Shown piece by piece: positions 58,885 to 64,000 of a DNA stretch of 64,000 bases. Both the position numbers and the translations under genes were made by a program. Source of the DNA: Candidatus Latescibacterota bacterium (lineage in GTDB: Bacteria > Latescibacterota > UBA2968 > UBA8231). The DNA is taken from assembly GCA_965243025.1 (NCBI GenBank), contig CBDETY010000003.1:3328001-3392000 (forward strand). The letters are read 5' to 3'. The notes beneath the pieces were generated by a model. That model was not told the DNA's origin and searched no databases. It was given only the letters and a program-made list of their open reading frames with translations. The first letter of the stretch is position 1. Each line of letters starts with the position of its first letter.

Positions 58885-60153
58885 TCAACGCAGGAAGCAG
58901 GGGGGCGCCTCGGCGAGGGCTTCCGGGTGGATGATGCGCAGGGCGAGCCCGCCCTCCCCGTCGTCCTGCCACTGGATCTGCACCCCCTTGAGGGCGCGCT
59001 GGGCGCCGGCCCGGGGATCGCCCAGGGGGTACACACTGAACGGGCCCAGCACGGTCTCGGTCTCGAGGGCGAAGAGCTGGTCGCGGACCGCGGCCGGATC
59101 GAGCTTTCCGCTCGCGGCCAGTGCCGCTTCGATGGCCTCGGCCATGACCTCCACCGCTCCGAACCCGCCGGCGGGGCGGTGGTCGGGGCTCGTACCCTCG
59201 GCCGCTTCGTATTTCCCGACCAGGGTCTGGCTGTCCGCGATGAAACCGGAGGTGCGAACCGCCGGAACCCAGGGAGCGCCCCCGGCCACGCATCGAGCCA
59301 GCTCCCCCACTCCCGAGGCGAACAGGGGGGACGCGGGGCTGTTGACGCTGAACATCACGGGCACGTACCCGGCCTCGTCTGCGGCTGTTCGCAAGGCGAC
59401 CTGGTCCTGGCCGTACCCCGCGACGACGAAGAGGTCCCCGTCCGCGTCCCTCGCGGCTGCGGCCAGAGCCTCGTGGTCGGCTTCTCCGGCGGCGTAAGCC
59501 CGGTCCAGCACCAGTTCGAGCCCGTGCTCCCCGGCGGCCTCGCGCACGCCGTTGGCCAGGGAGCGGGGAAAGGCGGTGTCCTCGTAGATCAGGGCGACGG
59601 TTTCGGCGCCGCCCTGAGCGGCCAGCTCCACCGAGCCCTGGGCATAGGCGGGGGCCGGGCTCAGCAGCTGGACGCTCCACTGCCGCTGCTGCCCCGCCCA
59701 GAGCTCGGGCGCCGCCGCAAGCGGGGCGACGAGGGGAATCCCCGCGGCTTCGGCGACCGGGATCACGGCCTCGGTTATCACGCTGCTGTAGGGACCGAGC
59801 AGGGCGTCGATCGAATCGGAGGCGACGAACCCCGAGTACAGGGCCGCGCTCGTCTCCGGGTCGCTTTCATCGTCGCGGATCACCAGCTGCACCCGACGGC
59901 CGGCAATGCCGCCCCTCTCGTTCAGCAGATCGACTGCCAGCCGGTACCCCCACGCGAGGTCGTTGCCGGCGCCGGCATGCCGCCCGGTCTCGGCCAGGGC
60001 GGCCGCAAGGGTGATGGGCTCGGCCTCGGGCTCCGGCCCCGCCGGGTCGTCGCCGCAGCCGGCCAGCGCCAGCGCGAGAACGGCGAAGCCGGGTACCAGG
60101 GTTGACTGCAGAAGGAAGCGCGGCGTCCTGCCGGCTCGATATTCCCTGTTCAT
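58885..60153 (-). CDS. Branched-chain amino acid ABC-type substrate-binding lipoprotein
   Basis: LAGC lipobox, NERGGIAGRRV.L..DDESDP, LLGPYSS; no permease genes adjacent. Confidence 0.88.
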   Translation of the reverse strand: MNREYRAGRTPRFLLQSTLVPGFAVLALALAGCGDDPAGPEPEAEPITLAAALAETGRHAGAGNDLAWGYRLAVDLLNERGGIAGRRVQLVIRDDESDPETSAALYSGFVASDSIDALLGPYSSVITEAVIPVAEAAGIPLVAPLAAAPELWAGQQRQWSVQLLSPAPAYAQGSVELAAQGGAETVALIYEDTAFPRSLANGVREAAGEHGLELVLDRAYAAGEADHEALAAAARDADGDLFVVAGYGQDQVALRTAADEAGYVPVMFSVNSPASPLFASGVGELARCVAGGAPWVPAVRTSGFIADSQTLVGKYEAAEGTSPDHRPAGGFGAVEVMAEAIEAALAASGKLDPAAVRDQLFALETETVLGPFSVYPLGDPRAGAQRALKGVQIQWQDDGEGGLALRIIHPEALAEAPPCFLR

Positions 60154-60303
60154 TAATAAACCCTCCGAAAAAAATGATTTTCCTTGCGGCAGGACGGCGT
60201 CAAACCCGGTCTCCATCCCCCCGTCGAGTTTTGCAGCCCATTCGACGATCCCCGTGCGTTGGGAGGCTATCCCGCACACATCGCAGCGCCCCTGGCCGAT
60301 CTC

Positions 60304-60816
60304 TCACAGCATTTCCTCGACCTGGGCGCGGCTGGCCGGATCCAGACGCCGGTAGTCGGGAATCTCGTAGCGGTTGCCGTCGGCGTCCTGCACCAGCACC
60401 CTGCCGCCGCCCAGAAGGCGGACGTCGCGGCGGCTGGAATAGATCTCGAAGGCGCGGGGGCCCCGGTCGGTTTCCACCTCCCAGCGCGGCACCCGGTATG
60501 CTGTCGTCACCCTGGTTATGCGCTGGATGCGGGGGGTGAAGTAAGCCCGCTCCAGCTCCTCTTCGACGGCCTGGCGGCTGGCCGCATCCAGCGCGTCGAG
60601 CCGGGCAAGCGAGCCGATTTCCTTCCCCTCGCGGTCCTGGACGACGATGAAGCCGTCTTCGCAGGTCAGGGGGAAAGCCCGCTTGACCCGGACCCTCGAA
60701 CAGGTCCGGTCCCCGGCCAGGTCGAGGTTCAGGTCCTCGAAGGCATCGACGAAGAACCTCACTCGCTCCGGGTCGAGATAGACCACTTCAGCGGCCAGGT
60801 CGTGGCGCTTCTGCAT
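60304..60816 (-). CDS. DUF1854 family protein
   Basis: RAFPLT..EIG..YF.P.I..I..W.VETDRG..D.DGNRY.IPD..LD. Confidence 0.85.
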   Translation of the reverse strand: MQKRHDLAAEVVYLDPERVRFFVDAFEDLNLDLAGDRTCSRVRVKRAFPLTCEDGFIVVQDREGKEIGSLARLDALDAASRQAVEEELERAYFTPRIQRITRVTTAYRVPRWEVETDRGPRAFEIYSSRRDVRLLGGGRVLVQDADGNRYEIPDYRRLDPASRAQVEEML

Positions 60817-60820
60817 GGTT

Positions 60821-63148
60821 TTACCAGGCTCTCAGCCTGGACATCTCAGTTTGCATGCGGCACAGGTTGGCGTAGATGCCGTCCCGCGCGATCAGCTCGT
60901 CGTGGGTGCCGATCTCGGCGAGCCTGCCCTTGTCGAGGATGAGCAGGCGACGGGCGTTCTTGAGGGTCGACAGGCGATGGGCAATGGCAAAGGTGGTGCG
61001 CCCCCGGACCAGCCGCCCCAACGCCTCCTGAATCTGCGCTTCGGTCTGGGTATCGACGTTGGAGGTGGCTTCGTCGAGGATGAGAATGCGCGGGTCCCGC
61101 AGGATGGCGCGGGCGATGGACAGCCGCTGCCGCTCTCCCCCGGAAACGCGGATGCCGCGCTCGCCGACCATGGTATCGTACCCGTCCGGCATGTCCATGA
61201 TGAAGTCGTGCCCGTTGGCGGCCTTGGCCGCGGCCACGATCTGCTCGAGGGAAGCTTCGGGATGGCCGTAGGCGATGTTGTCCGCCACCGTGCCGTTGAA
61301 GAGGAAGGGATCCTGCAGGACCACGCCGATCTGCCCGCGCAGCGATTGCAGGTTCACCTGCCGGGTGTCGCGGCCGTCGATGAGGATGGCTCCCTCCTGG
61401 GGCTCGTAGAAGCGGCAGATGAGGTTGACCAGAGTGCTCTTTCCGGCGCCGCTGTGGCCCGCCAGGCCGATCATCTCCCCCGGCTCGACGGCGAAGCTCA
61501 AGTCCTCGATGACCGGCTTGTCTTCCTCGTAGCCGAAGTGCACGCCGCGGAACTCGACCCGGCCCTCGATGGGCGGCATGATCGTGGCTTCGGGCCTGTC
61601 GACTATCTCCGGGTGCGTATCGAGCACGTCGAAGACGCGCTCTGCCGAGGTGGCGGCGCGCTGGAAGCGGTGGTTGAGGCGGGCCAGGCTCTCCACCGGC
61701 CCGTAGAAGCGGTACATGTAGCTGGTGAAGGCGACGAAAGCCCCCAACGTCAGCTCGCCGGCCAGGATATCGCGGCCCCCTACCCACCAGATGATGATGG
61801 TGCCGATGGAGGTGATGAAGGCCATGACCGGGCCGAACAGGCTGCGCATCCACGCCACCCGCAGCTCGCCCCGCAGCAGGTCCAGGCTGCGGCCCTTGAA
61901 TTTGCCCACCTCCCGCTTTTCCTGGGCGAATGCCTTGACCACGCGCACCCCCGGGATGGTATCGGCCAGCAGGGCGCTCAAGCCCGCCCAGCGGCGCCAC
62001 AGCGGCCGGTAGATGGCGTGCAGCTTGCGGCCGAAGCGCAGCGTCGCCCACACCAGCAGCGGCGTCGGCAGCAGCACCAGGGCGGCCAGCCCGGGGTTCA
62101 GCACAAAGAGGATTATGCAGATGATGACCAGGGTGAGCACGTCGCGGATGGCTTCCTGCAGGCCGTCGCTGATGAAATCCTGAAGGCGGCCCACGTCCTG
62201 GGTGACGCTGGCCATGATGCGCCCGGTCTCGTTTCTGGTGTAGTAGCTGAGCGACAGCGCGTGCAGGTGGGCGTACACCTCGTTGCGCATGCCGTAGGTG
62301 ACGCGCTGGCCGATGCGGGCCATGATGAAGCCGCGCAGACCCGACAGACCGCTGACGGAGAGGTTTACCAATATCAACAGGCCCACCAGCCAGGCCAGCG
62401 CGGCGACTGGATCAACCCCGGCTCCCGGCAGAAGAGCCAGCAGATCGAAGCCCGCCCCATCCGCCCTGGAGGAAACAGGAGCACCGACATTCAGGACATC
62501 GTCGATGAGAACGCTCAGCAGCAGCGGCTGGCTCAAACCAAGGGTCGTGGCCACCACCATGAGCAGCAGGCTCAGAGTGATGAGCCGCCAATGCGGCCCG
62601 GCATATCCCAGCAGCCGGAACAGCAGCTTTCCCTTTTCCAGGCAGGCCGGGCATACCCCGTAGCGGCGCGGAATGACCTGGCCGCAGCGGTCGCATCGCT
62701 TGCGTCCGGCCCTGGCTCCGGCCAGTCGCCCGTGGAGCACCAGGCCGTCGGATTCGGCCGGGCGGGCCTGGCGGACCAGGCGCTCGACCTGAACGGGCAG
62801 CTCCGACAGCGCCGGCACCAGGCTCTTGGAGAACACGGCCATGGTCGCGCCCCGCTCTCCGGTGCGGACCTTGAGAGCAGCGGTCCCCCAGTCCTCGCGA
62901 ACTTCCACCCCCTCTATCTCGGCCAGAGGAAGGCAGACCATGTCGGGCGGCCCGCCGCTGTCGGGACTGAAGGCCACCAGCAAGTCGTCGGTTGCCATCA
63001 GCCACGCCTCGCCGTAGCGGCCGTCGAGCCGGATGTCCGTTGTTACCGCGAGGCGGAACCCTTCGTCGGGGCCTGCTATCCCGGCGAGTTCCCGCCGAAC
63101 CCGCGGCGGCACTGTGGCATTTAATGCGGGCGCTGAGTTTTCTCCCAT
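60821..63148 (-). CDS. ABC exporter with N-terminal extension and Zn ribbon (DUF1854-associated type)
   Basis: CDRCG..CPAC before the TM domain; GHSGAGKST, VSGGERQR, LDEAT; start uncertain (63148-63217). Confidence 0.9.
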   Translation of the reverse strand: MGENSAPALNATVPPRVRRELAGIAGPDEGFRLAVTTDIRLDGRYGEAWLMATDDLLVAFSPDSGGPPDMVCLPLAEIEGVEVREDWGTAALKVRTGERGATMAVFSKSLVPALSELPVQVERLVRQARPAESDGLVLHGRLAGARAGRKRCDRCGQVIPRRYGVCPACLEKGKLLFRLLGYAGPHWRLITLSLLLMVVATTLGLSQPLLLSVLIDDVLNVGAPVSSRADGAGFDLLALLPGAGVDPVAALAWLVGLLILVNLSVSGLSGLRGFIMARIGQRVTYGMRNEVYAHLHALSLSYYTRNETGRIMASVTQDVGRLQDFISDGLQEAIRDVLTLVIICIILFVLNPGLAALVLLPTPLLVWATLRFGRKLHAIYRPLWRRWAGLSALLADTIPGVRVVKAFAQEKREVGKFKGRSLDLLRGELRVAWMRSLFGPVMAFITSIGTIIIWWVGGRDILAGELTLGAFVAFTSYMYRFYGPVESLARLNHRFQRAATSAERVFDVLDTHPEIVDRPEATIMPPIEGRVEFRGVHFGYEEDKPVIEDLSFAVEPGEMIGLAGHSGAGKSTLVNLICRFYEPQEGAILIDGRDTRQVNLQSLRGQIGVVLQDPFLFNGTVADNIAYGHPEASLEQIVAAAKAANGHDFIMDMPDGYDTMVGERGIRVSGGERQRLSIARAILRDPRILILDEATSNVDTQTEAQIQEALGRLVRGRTTFAIAHRLSTLKNARRLLILDKGRLAEIGTHDELIARDGIYANLCRMQTEMSRLRAW

Positions 63149-63275
63149 GCAGCGTTCGCTCCTACTCATGCATGGGCGTTCCGGGCGAGGTCCCCAATCC
63201 TCGCTGGCACCGTCCAACCGGGGAACAGGGCGTTGGAGCCGGCATCCGGGTCAGCACCTTGGTCGATCCGGTTAT

Positions 63276-64000
63276 TCATACCTCGACGACCCAGGAGGCG
63301 GGTTCCCGGGACACACCGCAGTTTTCCGCCCAGTCCAGCAGGGCCCGGGGCGCTGTATCGACGTCCCGGTAGGCACCCAGCAGCTGCCTGTCGATATCGT
63401 CTTCTACCCGTTCGATCACCCGTTCATCCGGGGGATCGAGGTTGACGTCGACCTTCATCCACCGGTAGGCGTACCCGTAGATGATCACCTTCGAGGTGGA
63501 ATCGCTCAGATTGGGCGCCGCGGTGTGGAAGGTGCGGTTTTCAAACAGGATGGCATCGCCGGCCCGCAGGCACGAATCGACCGCGGTCGGCGGGTCGTGC
63601 TCGCCTTTGCGAATCGCCAGCGGCCCGCCTTCCAGGTGGCTTCCGCGCGCCAGCAGGGTCATCCCGGAGTCGGGTTGCGGAAAGTCTGTCAGACAGTAGC
63701 AGACCTTGATTCCAACTCGCGGCAAATCCCGGTGTCCGAGGTCTTCTGAAATACCGATGTCCCGGTGCCAGCCGCGTTCGGGGGGCGCGGTACCGGCAGG
63801 TCGTGGCTTCTTGTAGAGAATCGAAGCCGTGTGGAGGTGGATGTTGGGACTCAGCAGCTGTACGACGCGGGCAACGGCAGCGGGGTTGGAGAGAAGGGGA
63901 TCGAAAGCCTCTTCCTGCACGACACCTTGGCGAAGCTGCAGATAAAACCTTTCCGGATCGTCCATGAATGACGCCATCAACCGGTCCGCCGCTTCAGTTA
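63276..64000 (-). CDS. Phytanoyl-CoA dioxygenase family protein (5'-partial)
   Basis: WHRD, GSH, AGDAILFENRTFH..PN; frame stays open to the window end. Confidence 0.85.
   Translation of the reverse strand, partial: TEAADRLMASFMDDPERFYLQLRQGVVQEEAFDPLLSNPAAVARVVQLLSPNIHLHTASILYKKPRPAGTAPPERGWHRDIGISEDLGHRDLPRVGIKVCYCLTDFPQPDSGMTLLARGSHLEGGPLAIRKGEHDPPTAVDSCLRAGDAILFENRTFHTAAPNLSDSTSKVIIYGYAYRWMKVDVNLDPPDERVIERVEDDIDRQLLGAYRDVDTAPRALLDWAENCGVSREPASWVVEV

Overview
High-GC bacterial window, mostly coding, with no rRNA, tRNA or CRISPR array seen. The gene content (DUF6785-type membrane protein, phytanoyl-CoA dioxygenases, sulfatase, DUF1080 proteins, secreted proteins ending in a W-G-x-x-K tail) suggests an FCB-group lineage such as Latescibacterota or Gemmatimonadota, possibly host-associated; this is inference only. 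Layout: outer-membrane beta-barrel/lipoprotein cluster and a TonB-receptor operon (0-11 kb); CarH-like B12 photoreceptor with a cfa/DUF1365 lipid-modification operon (11.7-16.7 kb); accessory island (16.7-33.5 kb); TetR-TolC fusion with an RND pump (33.6-40.3 kb); then metabolic and transport genes (ECF-DUF1080 fusion, Fic, enolase family, SGNH, sulfatase, ABC exporters, nrfHA, COG4337 carbonic anhydrase). The best candidate for an undescribed system is 17.1-23.7 kb. It holds a NarL/LuxR regulator, two arrays (3 and 4 copies) of the 16-bp palindrome TCACCTGATC(A/G)GGTGA, a monocistronic secreted defensin-like (CxxxC...CxC) peptide, and four tandem mosaic secreted paralogs. Those paralogs and unrelated proteins in the window share a C-terminal (T/S)xVExxSWGxxK tail that looks like a sorting signal. 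The island also contains an IS1595 transposase, a fragmented hsdM and several toxin-antitoxin modules. Family assignments come from motif recognition, not database searches.
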